Below are positions 39,097-48,286 of a DNA stretch of 64,000 nt, piece after piece. Each line of letters begins with the position of its first letter. The first letter of the stretch is position 1. Under the pieces are notes generated by a model. It worked only from the letters and a program-made list of their open reading frames with translations. It searched no databases and was not told the origin of the DNA. Source of the DNA: an uncultured Acidobacteriota bacterium (GTDB lineage Bacteria; Acidobacteriota; Terriglobia; Acidiferrales; UBA7541); assembly GCA_963776695.1 (NCBI GenBank), contig CAVZNU010000011.1, positions 164,165 through 228,164 of the forward strand, read 5' to 3'. A program made the translations under genes and the position numbers.

Positions 39097-39219
39097 TTTT
39101 GTCCCCTTCTTTCTTTGTACTGCGGACGAGCGACTGCAATTTTTCGATCGGGCAGGCACCTCAAGGCGACTCGATCAACTTACAGCGAGTCGCCTCGAAG
39201 GCCGCGGACAAACAATCCT

Positions 39220-39975
39220 CTAAAGCACGACGATGATCGCTATACGAGTGTCGGGGTAATACGGATTGAACAGAAAATACTCGCCATCGATGTAATCCAC
39301 GTATACGTCATCGGTGTAGTACCAGCCTTCCGGCCAGGGCTGAACGAATCCGAACCAATAGCCGCCGTATTGAAAGCGCGAATAGCCATCGACAACTCTG
39401 GGATTGCCCATGTGGAACCGATGCTCGTGGCCAAAGTTTGAACGGAAGCGATCGTCCGGGATCCGGCTTTCACTTCGCGCACTCAGCCGTAGCGCTGGCT
39501 CTGAACGCTGGCGTTTTTCAGCATCCGCGGTCCGTTGCGGACGTTGTTCCTGCCCGCCGTTCGACTTCGCTTGTTCCTGATGATTGTTGTTTTGCTGTTG
39601 CTGCTTTGCGGATTTGGTTTGTTCCTGCGTCTGTTTCTGCTGGTCCTGTTGCCCGGTCTTGGCTTGCTGCTGCTGCTTTTCCGGCTTAGCCGCGTTCTCT
39701 TGCTTTGCAGGCTTCGGCTGTTCTTCGTGTTGTGCCGGCTTGGCCTGCTGCTTTGGCTGTTCTTGCTTAGCCTGCTCCTGCTGTTTCGCGGGCTTTGCTT
39801 CTTGCTGTTGCTTTTGTGGCCTGGCTTGCTCCTGTTGCTTCGCCGGTTTCGCCTGCTCTTCATGCTGCGCAGGTTTGGCTTCTTGTTCGTGATGTTCTTC
39901 CTGCGCGAACGCAGGAAGAGTGGTTCCGAAAATTAGAAGCAACGATGCTGCGCTGAATACTCCGAGTACCTTCAT
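39220..39975 (-). CDS. Exported protein with a long Gln/Lys/Glu/Ala/Pro repeat region and a conserved aromatic C-terminal domain
   Basis: ATG 39975 follows GGAGGA. Signal peptide MKVLGVFSAASLLLIFGTTLPAFA. About 130 aa of AKPAKQQEQ-like repeats, then C-terminal IPDDRFRSNFGHEHRFHMG...GGYWFGFVQPWPEGWYYTDDVYVDYIDGEYFLFNPYYP. Confidence 0.78.
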   Translation of the reverse strand: MKVLGVFSAASLLLIFGTTLPAFAQEEHHEQEAKPAQHEEQAKPAKQQEQARPQKQQQEAKPAKQQEQAKQEQPKQQAKPAQHEEQPKPAKQENAAKPEKQQQQAKTGQQDQQKQTQEQTKSAKQQQQNNNHQEQAKSNGGQEQRPQRTADAEKRQRSEPALRLSARSESRIPDDRFRSNFGHEHRFHMGNPRVVDGYSRFQYGGYWFGFVQPWPEGWYYTDDVYVDYIDGEYFLFNPYYPDTRIAIIVVL

Positions 39976-40024
39976 CTGAGTTCCTCCGCTACAGTTACTC
40001 CGCAATCCCTGCTTGTTCTTGCGC

Positions 40025-40216
40025 TCATGCGCCAATACGAATGTGCGAAAACGAGCGAAATAGTCCGAATATGTTGAGAAGCCACAAAACCACTGCGATC
40101 ACAACAACGCCATTCAAGATCGACTTAATCTGCCCCTGCATTGGAATAAAACTATTCACCAGCCAGAGCAGTACGCCAACCACAACCAGAACCATCAATA
40201 CTTGGAGCAAAGGCAT
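40025..40216 (-). CDS. Small two-TM membrane protein (resembles the Thivi_2564 family)
   Basis: MPLLQVLMVLVVVGVLLWLVNSFIPMQGQIKSILNGVVVIAVVLWLLNIFGL fits my recollection of that family's pattern (LLWLVN-FIPM-G-IK-ILN-VVVI-VVLWLL). Confidence 0.7.
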   Translation of the reverse strand: MPLLQVLMVLVVVGVLLWLVNSFIPMQGQIKSILNGVVVIAVVLWLLNIFGLFRSFSHIRIGA

Positions 40217-40504
40217 GTCAGTACCTCCTTCTTTTCGCAGAGCAGATACGTTTGCCAGCTCCGAGGCAGTGCGTCACCAAGCGATGAACCGAGGCACTGC
40301 CACGACCGGTTGAAGGGGAGGGAGTCTGCGATCTCCGCTGGCGTGAAGCGAGAAACGATAGGATCCGGAATTAGCCCGCCCCATCGCTTCCCCCACAGGT
40401 AACATCTTAAGTAAGGACAGCAGACAGGTTCTGTTCACTTCTGCACACTCTCGCATCTTTTTTGCACTCATGCGATCCCATGCTACGATGCTGCTGAGAA
40501 GAAA

Positions 40505-41182
40505 ATGGCATCCAAACCTTCAAAACGTCCAAAAACCAGCGCCACTAAGCCATTCAATGCCCAGGATTTCCTTGATTCAGCTGGCGTGGCCCGGAAAGTA
40601 GTCGAGTTCCGGAATAAGCAGGCGATCTTTTCCCAAGGCGATCCCGGTAAGAACGTCTTTTACATTCAAAAGGGCAGAGTACGGCTTTCGGTTGTCAATG
40701 AAACCGGCAAGGAAGCAGTCGTCGCTGTTTTAGGAACGGGCGATTTCTTTGGGGAAGGGTGCCTTGCGGGCCAGCCGATTCGGATCGGAACGGCAACTGC
40801 GATTGCGGCCACCACCGTGCTCACGATCGAGAAGAAGGAGATGATTCGAGTGCTTCATGTGGAGCACGAATTTTCCGACCGCTTCATCTCTTATATGCTC
40901 TCCAGAAACATCCGCATCGAGGAAAGTCTGGTCGATCAGCTATTCAATTCCAGTGAGAAGAGATTGGCGCGCACGCTCTTGCTGCTCGCACGCTACGGCA
41001 AGGAAGACAAGCCCCAAAATGTACTTCCCAAAGTGTCGCAGGAGATGCTTGCAGAGATGGTGGGGACAACCCGGTCACGCGTGAATTTTTTCATGAACAA
41101 GTTCCGAACGCTGGGCTTCATCAAGTACAACGGCGGGCTTGAGATCAATACGTCGCTTATGAGCGTCGTCCTCCACGAATAG
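40505..41182 (+). CDS. Crp/Fnr-family transcriptional regulator
   Basis: cNMP-binding-like beta-barrel (IFSQGDPGKNVFYIQKGRVRLSVVNETGKEAVVAVLGTGDFFGEGCL) and a C-terminal HTH (SQEMLAEMVGTTRSRVNFFMNKFRTLGFI). There is no N-terminal FNR-type Cys cluster. Confidence 0.93.
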   Translation: MASKPSKRPKTSATKPFNAQDFLDSAGVARKVVEFRNKQAIFSQGDPGKNVFYIQKGRVRLSVVNETGKEAVVAVLGTGDFFGEGCLAGQPIRIGTATAIAATTVLTIEKKEMIRVLHVEHEFSDRFISYMLSRNIRIEESLVDQLFNSSEKRLARTLLLLARYGKEDKPQNVLPKVSQEMLAEMVGTTRSRVNFFMNKFRTLGFIKYNGGLEINTSLMSVVLHE

Positions 41183-41183
41183 G

Positions 41184-41657
41184 TCAGACCTTTCTGAATT
41201 TACCGTCCGGATCAGGAGAGGCGCGGTGGCCCGTGATCTCAACAATTTCAATTCGAAAGTAGACTGGAACAAGCGGCCGCTCCGTTCCGTGAAGAATCGT
41301 TTTCGAATATCCCGGTTCCCACCAGTCTGCGCTGCGTTGAAGCAGTTCATGCGCAATCGCCCGCTCGCTTTCCCAATCTGGCGTATCGAGCAGTTCCTCA
41401 TAACGGCCCAAGATGATAATGCTCATCCAGTCGTGTGAACTCACCACTTTGTCCGTTTCTACGCACACCAGCGGATTCTTGCGCATCCATTCAATATGCT
41501 GTCCCACGGTAGAAAAGCTGTAGAGACAGTGACCAGACAGGCTGAAATAAAACGGCGTGATATACGGTTGATCATCTTTCGAACACGCGAGCCTGCCCAG
41601 ACGCATATTCTTCAAGATGCTGAGGCTTTCGCTTTTCGTGAGTTCCTGGATCAGCAT
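41184..41657 (-). CDS. Pyridoxamine 5'-phosphate oxidase-family (FMN-binding split barrel) protein
   Basis: 157 aa. ESLSILKNMRLGRLACSKDDQPYITPFYFSL...HIEWMRKNPLVCVE...ILGRYEEL is typical of the PNPOx-like family. Confidence 0.8.
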   Translation of the reverse strand: MLIQELTKSESLSILKNMRLGRLACSKDDQPYITPFYFSLSGHCLYSFSTVGQHIEWMRKNPLVCVETDKVVSSHDWMSIIILGRYEELLDTPDWESERAIAHELLQRSADWWEPGYSKTILHGTERPLVPVYFRIEIVEITGHRASPDPDGKFRKV

Positions 41658-41728
41658 TTAAAGCTCCCGCCTTTGCACGACCTTCTCATACTAGCAAAGG
41701 CGTTTCAACTTCCGCTGCCAGGGCCCGT

Positions 41729-42133
41729 TCAACGAACGTGAGACCGGATGGTGTTGAGGGACTGCGTTTGAGACTTTTTGAACTCCACAGTTTCCCGCCG
41801 GAGGACGGTCAGTCCACGCAGCGCGTCTTCGAGTGCCTGTTCTTCCGTTCGGCTTTCCGAACTAACTTTTATCGCATTCAGGCGCAATAGAATTGCCGTT
41901 TCAGCGAAGTTAACCCGCCCAACAAGCTTGTGCTGGTTGGTTTCCATTAAAGCTTCGAGGTACGTTGACTGCCATTCTGGGAATTGAAGATCGATCGTCA
42001 CAGGTGCTCCTTCCTCAAGTCTTGACTCTTCTTTGATTGATGCGCGCATTGTAGAAACGTCAGTGACGAGTGTCTGTCCGGTTTTGCACACTTCGTTCTT
42101 TTCATTTTCGGGGAGTTTTCTTCGGCGCCTCAT
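41729..42133 (-). CDS. Hypothetical protein (start uncertain; alternatives are 42049 and 42310)
   Basis: The C-terminal two-thirds (DLQFPEWQSTYLEALMETNQHKLVGRVNFAETAILLRLNAI...EEQALEDALRGLTVLRRE) has protein-like composition. The N-terminal part of track ORF 41729..42310 looks non-coding. No SD-like motif at any candidate ATG. Confidence 0.4.
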   Translation of the reverse strand: MRRRRKLPENEKNEVCKTGQTLVTDVSTMRASIKEESRLEEGAPVTIDLQFPEWQSTYLEALMETNQHKLVGRVNFAETAILLRLNAIKVSSESRTEEQALEDALRGLTVLRRETVEFKKSQTQSLNTIRSHVR

Positions 42134-42334
42134 GGATCGGCGCACGCGGATAAAGTTTTCACCTGCTGTACGCACGGCAGCCGGCACGAGTAAAGCGTCT
42201 CGTGCAGAAATTCTGCTGCTAATCCATTTTACGCGGAGAAAAACATACAGCTTGCCATCCGAAGTTGGGCGTGGCCATAATCCGCCACCGCTGAGGCGAA
42301 ATCGAGCCAAGGCACTTCAAGGAGAAACACACAC

Positions 42335-42823
42335 ATGAAGCGTATTTTGTACCTGCTTACGATTCTCGGTCTTTCAGCTGTTGCCTCCGGCCCGCTGATG
42401 GCCCAGGCCAATCCGTTTGTCGGAACCTGGAAGCTGAACGTCGCTAAATCGAAGTACGAAGGCGTATCGGCGCCCAAGAGCCAGACTCGGGAAGTGGTGG
42501 CCGCAGGCGCAGGCGCAGGCGCGAAGTATACATTCAGGGGAGTTGGCGCGGACGGGAGCGCGGTCGAGTACGGCTTCACGACCAATTTTGACGGCAAGGA
42601 TGCCGCCGTCACCGGCACGGGAATGCCCGGCGGAGCGGACACCATCGCCATCAAGCGCGTCAGCACCCACAAGACTGCCGGAACATTGAAAAAGGGCGGA
42701 AAAGAAATCGGCCACGCCGAATCCGAGGTCTCAAAAGACGGAAAGGTCACTACCGTCAAGTCAAAGGTAAAGGGCGCGGACGGCAAGGAAATCACCGCCG
42801 AGAGCGTCTACGACAAGCAGTAG
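42335..42823 (+). CDS. Hypothetical exported beta-rich (lipocalin-like) protein
   Basis: AAGGAGA lies upstream. Signal peptide MKRILYLLTILGLSAVASGPLMAQA, followed by NPFVGTWKLN, typical of small lipocalin-like/DUF proteins. Confidence 0.75.
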   Translation: MKRILYLLTILGLSAVASGPLMAQANPFVGTWKLNVAKSKYEGVSAPKSQTREVVAAGAGAGAKYTFRGVGADGSAVEYGFTTNFDGKDAAVTGTGMPGGADTIAIKRVSTHKTAGTLKKGGKEIGHAESEVSKDGKVTTVKSKVKGADGKEITAESVYDKQ

Positions 42824-43234
42824 GTAATCGCGTCAGGGGGCGGTTATTCGTGGGCGTCGATTTTTGTCACGCAGTCGGCTATGCGCAGCCGCCCCCGTGC
42901 GCGCCTCTACACCGCCGCCGGCAAAAAAGTACAGTCCTGGGACTGGCTGTCCCTTTCTGCACGAAAGACCAGTCGAATTTTTCTCTGCCGCCGTGCTACC
43001 GTGTCCTGTGGCTCATAAAAACAAATCCCATTTTACGCCGCGACCCAACGCCGAATTCCCGTCGCCCGCTCCAGCCAGTTTCGCCGGGACACACTTCCGG
43101 CTCCTTTCCTACTGCTCGCGTGCTCTGCTACGCCCATCGGCCGGCGTTGGGTCACTCATCGCCGCACCCCTCGACCCGACGTGCCGGCTAATCGGCTGTT
43201 CCGCGATTAGAAACCCCCGTAAGCGGTTGAAAAC

Positions 43235-46200
43235 ATGACTCCGGCACCCGTTCTAATCTACGGTAGAGACGTTTTTTGGAACTCGTCGCCTCAACCGCTC
43301 TCGCCCCGGAACAAGTTGAACCACCCGCACCTGAGTGTTATCTTCGCATCAGCAGGAGCTGCCAAACCCGCACGCCGCGCGACGCGTCGTCCGGCCATTC
43401 CCGTGGGCGCTACCCGAACACAATTCGACCGCAAAGCCATCGTCGAGGCGGACGCGCTATCCACCGTGCGGCAACTCCTCGTCGAGCTCGATTGCTCGCG
43501 CGGCCTCGAAGAACTTGCCGCCCGCGGCGCTCGAGCGCATCTCGAACGCGAACTCGGCCTCGGAAGCCTGGAGCGCGTGGAACTCATGCTGCGCCTCGGC
43601 GATACTTGCGGCGTGCGCCTGCCGGATCGCGTGGTGGCCGAAGCCGACACGATGCAGGATCTGATCGACGCCATCCTGCGCGAAAATCCCGCGGCGGAGG
43701 CTAACGGCGCTGCGCCCCGGGCTCTGGCCGCGACCGCCGTTGCACCTGCTTCTTCGCCATCGCTTCACCAGGCAACTCGCCCCGACCTCGAAGAACAAAT
43801 CCGCAAAGCCGAATCGCTCACGGAAATTTTGCGCCTTCGCGGACGCGGCGAGCCCGCTCGCGTTCATATCGTTCTCTACGAGGACACCGACGAGCCGCGC
43901 ACGATCACTTTCGGTGAACTTTACGAACGTGCGTCGGCAGTCGCCGCTCAGTTGCGAACGCGCGGACTCGAACCCGGCCAGACGGTCGCCATCATGCTCC
44001 CCACGTGCGCCGAGTTCTTCACCACATTTGCGGGTATTCTTCTCGCCGGCGGAATTCCCGTTCCGATTTATCCGCCGTTTCGCGCGGATCGCATCGCCGA
44101 GTACGCCGCGCGCCAGTCGAACATTCTTTGCAACGCGGAAGCGCGGTTCCTCGTCACCTGGCGCCAGGCCGAAGGACTCGCCCGCCTGCTGCAGCCGCGC
44201 GTCCCTTCGTTGCGCGAAGTTTTGAACGCGCAGAAACTTGCAAACGAGCCGGAACAGCACACGGAACCGCCGTCCGCTGAATGGCGCCCCGTTCAACATC
44301 TCTCTCATCACGCGCGCGCCGAAGATATTGCGTTCCTCCAATACACGTCCGGTTCGACGGGCGATCCCAAAGGCGTAATCCTCACGCATGCGAATTTGCT
44401 CGCGAATATTCAGGCGATCGTCGGCGGCATCAATATTCAGCCGGACGACGTCGCCGTCAGCTGGCTTCCGCTGTATCACGACATGGGGTTGATCGGCGCG
44501 TGGTTCGTTCCGATCGTTACGGGCATTCCGCTGGTCGTGATGTCGCCGCTGGCGTTTCTCAGCCGCCCCGATCGCTGGCTCTGGGCGATTCACAAGCATC
44601 GCGGAACGATCAGCCCAGCACCGAATTTTGCGTACGAACTTTGCGTGCGCAAAATTGCGGACAAGGATATCGAAGGACTCGACCTCAGTTCCTGGCGCGC
44701 CGCAACGAACGGCGCGGAACCCGTCTGCGCGGCAACGCTCGAACGCTTCGCGGTTCGTTTCTCAAATTTTGGCTTCCGCCGCGAAGCGTTGATGCCCGTG
44801 TACGGCCTCGCGGAAGCGTGCCTGGGAGTTTCCGCCCCGCCGATGGGCACGGGCTACAAAGTGGATCGCATCGAACGGTCCACGCTCGAATCCGAGGGCC
44901 GCGCCATTCCCGCGAAGCCTGACGATCCTGCGCCGCTCGAATTCGTCGGTGCGGGCAGACCGATGCCCGGCGTGGAAGTCCGCATCGTTGACAGAAATGA
45001 ATATGATAAAGACAAAAGCCAGCGCGAGCTCGGCGACCGGGCCGAAGGGCATCTTCAATTCCGAGGCCCTTCTGCCACCAGCGGTTATTACCGAAATCCG
45101 GCTGCTACTGGCGAATTGATCCAAGAGGGCGGCTGGCTCAATTCAGGCGACCTCGCTTATCTCGCCGACGGCGAAATCTACATCACCGGTCGCGCGAAAG
45201 ACGTGATCATCAAAGCGGGCCGCAATATTTATCCGCACGAAGTGGAAGAAATCGCGGGTAAAGTCGCGGGAGTTCGCACAGGATGTGTCGTCGCGTTCGG
45301 CGCTCCGGATGCCCGCACGGGGACCGAGCGCCTCGTCGTCACCGCCGAAGTGCGCGACATGGCGAGCGCGAAAAGAATCTCCGCCGATATCTCGCGCGCT
45401 GTGAGCGATGCGATGGGAATCCCGCCGGACGTGGTCGAATTGCTTCGCACACAATCGATTCCGAAAACTTCCAGCGGAAAACTGCGCCGCAGTGAGACGC
45501 GCAGGCTTTACCTCGAAGGCGAGCTCGGCAAAAAGCAGTCGGCCGCATGGGTGCAAGTGGCAAAACTTGCGGCTCGCAGCGCCGCGCCGCGCGCGTGGTC
45601 GCTCGTGAAAAACGGAGTGAAACGGGGTCTCGAATATGCGTATGGCGTTTACGCGCTCGCCGTATTCACGCCGATTATTCTCGCGGTATGGGCCGCGGTG
45701 TCGCTCACGTCCGACAGGCAGCGCGCCGCGCGTTTCGCTGCGACGGGATCGCGGCTGATCCTTTACGCCACGCTCACTCCGCTGAAGATCGAGGGCGGCG
45801 AACTGCTCAACAACCTCGCGACGTCCGGTCCGTGGATTTTTGCGCCAAACCATTCGAGCTACCTCGATATTTTTGTGATGCTCGCGGTGCTTCCCGTCGG
45901 CGTGCGCTTCGTTGCGAAAGGCGATGCGCTCAACATGCCCGTCATCGGCAAAATTATCCGCCGCTCGGGCCAGCTCGCCTTCGATCGCAGCGATCCGCAG
46001 GCCCGCATCCGGCAAGCGGAAGACGTGGAAGAGGCGCTAGGACGCAGAGAATCCGTCGCGGTGTATCCGGAAGGAACTTTTACCGCTCTGAATGGCATTC
46101 GTCCGTTCCAACTCGGCGCGTTCAAAGCCGCGGTCGATATGCAGCGGCCGATTTGCCCTGTGGCTTGCCGCGGCGCTCGGCATATTTTGCGCGACCAGAC

Positions 46201-46351
46201 GCGGCTCCCACGGCCCGGCACCGTGACCGTCACTTTTGGGCCGCTTGTCACTCCTGATCCGTCAGCGGGAAATGACTGGCACGAAATCGTTCGCCTGCGG
46301 GACACCACGCGCGAAATAATCGCCCGCGGCGCCGGCGAACCCCTGCTCTAG
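43235..46351 (+). CDS. Tri-domain fusion: carrier protein (ACP-like), fatty acyl-AMP ligase/acyl-ACP synthetase-like adenylation domain, and lysophospholipid acyltransferase (PlsC/LPLAT)
   Basis: Carrier motif ELGLGSLERVEL (about aa 100). Adenylation motifs FLQYTSGSTGDPKGVILTH, WLPLYHDMGLI, YGLAEA, WLNSGDLAY, GRAKDVIIKAGRNIYP, PKTSSGKLRR. A hydrophobic segment YGVYALAVFTPIILAVWAAVSL. Then LPLAT motifs NHSSYLD (HX4D), FVAKGD, VAVYPEGT. The true start may be downstream (for example in-frame GTG 43403), because the first 55 codons look non-coding. Confidence 0.85.
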   Translation: MTPAPVLIYGRDVFWNSSPQPLSPRNKLNHPHLSVIFASAGAAKPARRATRRPAIPVGATRTQFDRKAIVEADALSTVRQLLVELDCSRGLEELAARGARAHLERELGLGSLERVELMLRLGDTCGVRLPDRVVAEADTMQDLIDAILRENPAAEANGAAPRALAATAVAPASSPSLHQATRPDLEEQIRKAESLTEILRLRGRGEPARVHIVLYEDTDEPRTITFGELYERASAVAAQLRTRGLEPGQTVAIMLPTCAEFFTTFAGILLAGGIPVPIYPPFRADRIAEYAARQSNILCNAEARFLVTWRQAEGLARLLQPRVPSLREVLNAQKLANEPEQHTEPPSAEWRPVQHLSHHARAEDIAFLQYTSGSTGDPKGVILTHANLLANIQAIVGGINIQPDDVAVSWLPLYHDMGLIGAWFVPIVTGIPLVVMSPLAFLSRPDRWLWAIHKHRGTISPAPNFAYELCVRKIADKDIEGLDLSSWRAATNGAEPVCAATLERFAVRFSNFGFRREALMPVYGLAEACLGVSAPPMGTGYKVDRIERSTLESEGRAIPAKPDDPAPLEFVGAGRPMPGVEVRIVDRNEYDKDKSQRELGDRAEGHLQFRGPSATSGYYRNPAATGELIQEGGWLNSGDLAYLADGEIYITGRAKDVIIKAGRNIYPHEVEEIAGKVAGVRTGCVVAFGAPDARTGTERLVVTAEVRDMASAKRISADISRAVSDAMGIPPDVVELLRTQSIPKTSSGKLRRSETRRLYLEGELGKKQSAAWVQVAKLAARSAAPRAWSLVKNGVKRGLEYAYGVYALAVFTPIILAVWAAVSLTSDRQRAARFAATGSRLILYATLTPLKIEGGELLNNLATSGPWIFAPNHSSYLDIFVMLAVLPVGVRFVAKGDALNMPVIGKIIRRSGQLAFDRSDPQARIRQAEDVEEALGRRESVAVYPEGTFTALNGIRPFQLGAFKAAVDMQRPICPVACRGARHILRDQTRLPRPGTVTVTFGPLVTPDPSAGNDWHEIVRLRDTTREIIARGAGEPLL

Positions 46352-46546
46352 TTTCCGCTTTAAGCATCTCTGTTAGTAACCCGTTCGCTTCTTCCGGCAT
46401 CCAATTTACGTTGACCGATGTGCGTCGCTCCAACCTCTCTCCCGGGGAGGCGTGGGGCGAAAATAGAAGTCGGAGAACAAGAGGATTCCGTCGCAGATGT
46501 TCTGCCGGCGGGATCCGCAATCCAACTCATCCAGGAGGAAGTTCTT

Positions 46547-47056
46547 ATGGTACGGAAACTGTCGTTATTGTTCGGCCTGCTTTTTCTTGTTTCGATTTCA
46601 GCGCACGCGCAGGGGATTGAGGACAAGGTGGAAGTGTTTGGCGGCTATTCCTTCATGCACAACGACAATCGGCCCGACGGCAACCTGAATGGATTTGAAT
46701 TCTCTGGCCAATACAAATTAACGAGCTGGCTGGGCGCCGTTGCGGATTTTGACGGGCACTACGGCTCACCCAATGGCTTCAACACGCACGCGAACAATTT
46801 CCTGTTCGGGCCGCAGGTTTCGTTTCCGGCGCGCGTGTCGCCATTCTTCCACGTTCTTGTGGGCGCCGCGCACGAGCACGTGGACGGTGTGGGCTCGGAC
46901 TCGTCCTTTGCAGCCGCGATTGGCGGCGGAATTGACGCAAAGGTCAGCGGTCCGATTTACTGGCGCGTGATCCAGGGCGACTGGATTCACACCAGCCTCT
47001 TCGGACGCGACCAGAACAGCGGGCGGCTTTCGACGGGCATCGTAATCAAGTTCTAG
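46547..47056 (+). CDS. Outer-membrane beta-barrel (OmpA-N/OmpW-like porin family) protein
   Basis: AGGAGGA is 8 nt upstream of ATG 46547. Signal peptide MVRKLSLLFGLLFLVSISAHAQ. Alternating beta-strand pattern ending in a C-terminal Phe (GIVIKF). Confidence 0.88.
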   Translation: MVRKLSLLFGLLFLVSISAHAQGIEDKVEVFGGYSFMHNDNRPDGNLNGFEFSGQYKLTSWLGAVADFDGHYGSPNGFNTHANNFLFGPQVSFPARVSPFFHVLVGAAHEHVDGVGSDSSFAAAIGGGIDAKVSGPIYWRVIQGDWIHTSLFGRDQNSGRLSTGIVIKF

Positions 47057-47066
47057 CGTCCCACTG

Positions 47067-47115
47067 GAATGCAAGGGTGCTGCGTTCTTTTTGCTGGCGC
47101 CCTTGCATTCTTTTT
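47067..47115 (+). terminator. Intrinsic terminator after the OMP gene
   Basis: gaatgcaagggtgc-tgcgttctttttgctg-gcgcccttgcattc forms a 14-bp stem (one G-U pair) followed by TTTTT. Confidence 0.7.
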
Positions 47116-47149
47116 CTGGCCGCGGCTGAATCAGAGGTTCATGCCGAAA

Positions 47150-47920
47150 TTAGTTCAGTACGAAATTCACCGTGATGTACGTTTCCACCTCCACCGGCTC
47201 CCCGTTCAGCAGTGTTGGGCGATAGCGCCACGTTTGCACGGCAACTTTCGCTGCTTGTGCTAGCAGCACATTGCCATCCACTACTTCGAGTTCATGCACC
47301 GTGCCGTCTTTGCCGATGATCGCGTGCAAGTGCACCACGCCCGAGATGTGCGCCGACCTGGCAATCGCCGGATACGCGGGATCGACGCGATGAATCAGCA
47401 TCGCCGCCATAATTTCTCCACTGCGACGCAGTGGCTGTAAGTGCGGCTTTTCCGTCCGCGGCGGCTCAAGTACGACTGGAGTGTTGCCGATGCTGCCTGG
47501 AACCCACGGCCCGCTGACCGGCAAGCCTGGTCCTCCGCCGCCGCTTTCGCTGGCATTTGGATCGACATCCGGCGCATCCGAATCGCTTGCCGGAGCATAG
47601 GAGCGAGTTACCGGAGCGCAGACGGCGAGGCAAATCACCGGCAAGCGCGAGGTGCTTGGCTGATGTGAAGCGGAGCGCGTATGGTTTGCGGGGCCGCCAC
47701 CTCCTGCGTATGGAGGCAGTGGCGTCAGAACATATTGCGTCGCAAGCACGCTGGGAGAAAACAGCGGCCACAAGATCAGCGCAGCAATCAATGCGAATTC
47801 GAAAACAACCGAAAGTGCCAGCGCTTTTCTGAGAAGCAGGCGCGCACGGCTGCGCGCGTCCGAATCGCTATCCACCAAACATTTGGAGAAACTTTGCGAC
47901 GAACTTCCGGAATCGCTCAT
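47150..47920 (-). CDS. Energy transducer TonB-family protein
   Basis: TM anchor ALALSVVFEFALIAALILWPLF, a Pro/Gly-rich linker, and the C-terminal TonB domain (PAYPAIARSAHISGVVHLHAIIGKDGTVHELEVVDGNVLLAQAAKVAVQTWRYRPTLLNGEPVEV). ATG 47920 was chosen because GGAGGTG precedes it. Track start is 47950. Confidence 0.88.
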   Translation of the reverse strand: MSDSGSSSQSFSKCLVDSDSDARSRARLLLRKALALSVVFEFALIAALILWPLFSPSVLATQYVLTPLPPYAGGGGPANHTRSASHQPSTSRLPVICLAVCAPVTRSYAPASDSDAPDVDPNASESGGGGPGLPVSGPWVPGSIGNTPVVLEPPRTEKPHLQPLRRSGEIMAAMLIHRVDPAYPAIARSAHISGVVHLHAIIGKDGTVHELEVVDGNVLLAQAAKVAVQTWRYRPTLLNGEPVEVETYITVNFVLN

Positions 47921-48286
47921 GCACACACCTCCACGCTCGTTTTCCACCATTTATTTCAAATCAAGGACCGAAACGCGCGGCTCGTTCCACGTGATTGGCC
48001 GGAAAGCACCATTCAGGCCATCCGGCTAAGCCGCTTCCGAGTGCTGCGGGAGTTCGCGCGACCTCTTACATTGATAGACACCGCGTGCACGCAGCAGTTC
48101 CAGAATTTGCCGCACGATATTCGGCAATCGCACTGATGGCGCAGGGCCGGCTTCTTAGTGTGCTTCTAACTTATTCAAATCGAGCTTGTTACGACTTTCG
48201 TCGTAGCGTTTGAATCGATTTCAACTTTTATTACGTCTAATCCGATGTTCAGTATTCTTAATGACTGATGAAGAGGGGTCATCATC

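Noticed and set aside
39535-39936. Leu/Cys/Phe-rich plus-strand ORFs (133 and 102 aa) that look like membrane peptides.
   Set aside because: They are the reverse complement of the Gln/Lys/Glu repeat region of the exported protein gene 39220..39975. That gene has a signal peptide, an SD sequence and a structured C-terminus.
42850-43238. ORFs of 113 and 124 aa in the 410-bp spacer upstream of the tri-domain gene.
   Set aside because: They are mutually overlapping and Pro/Arg/Ser-rich, with no SD sequence or motif. The region is more likely a leader or promoter, and the true start of the large gene is itself uncertain.
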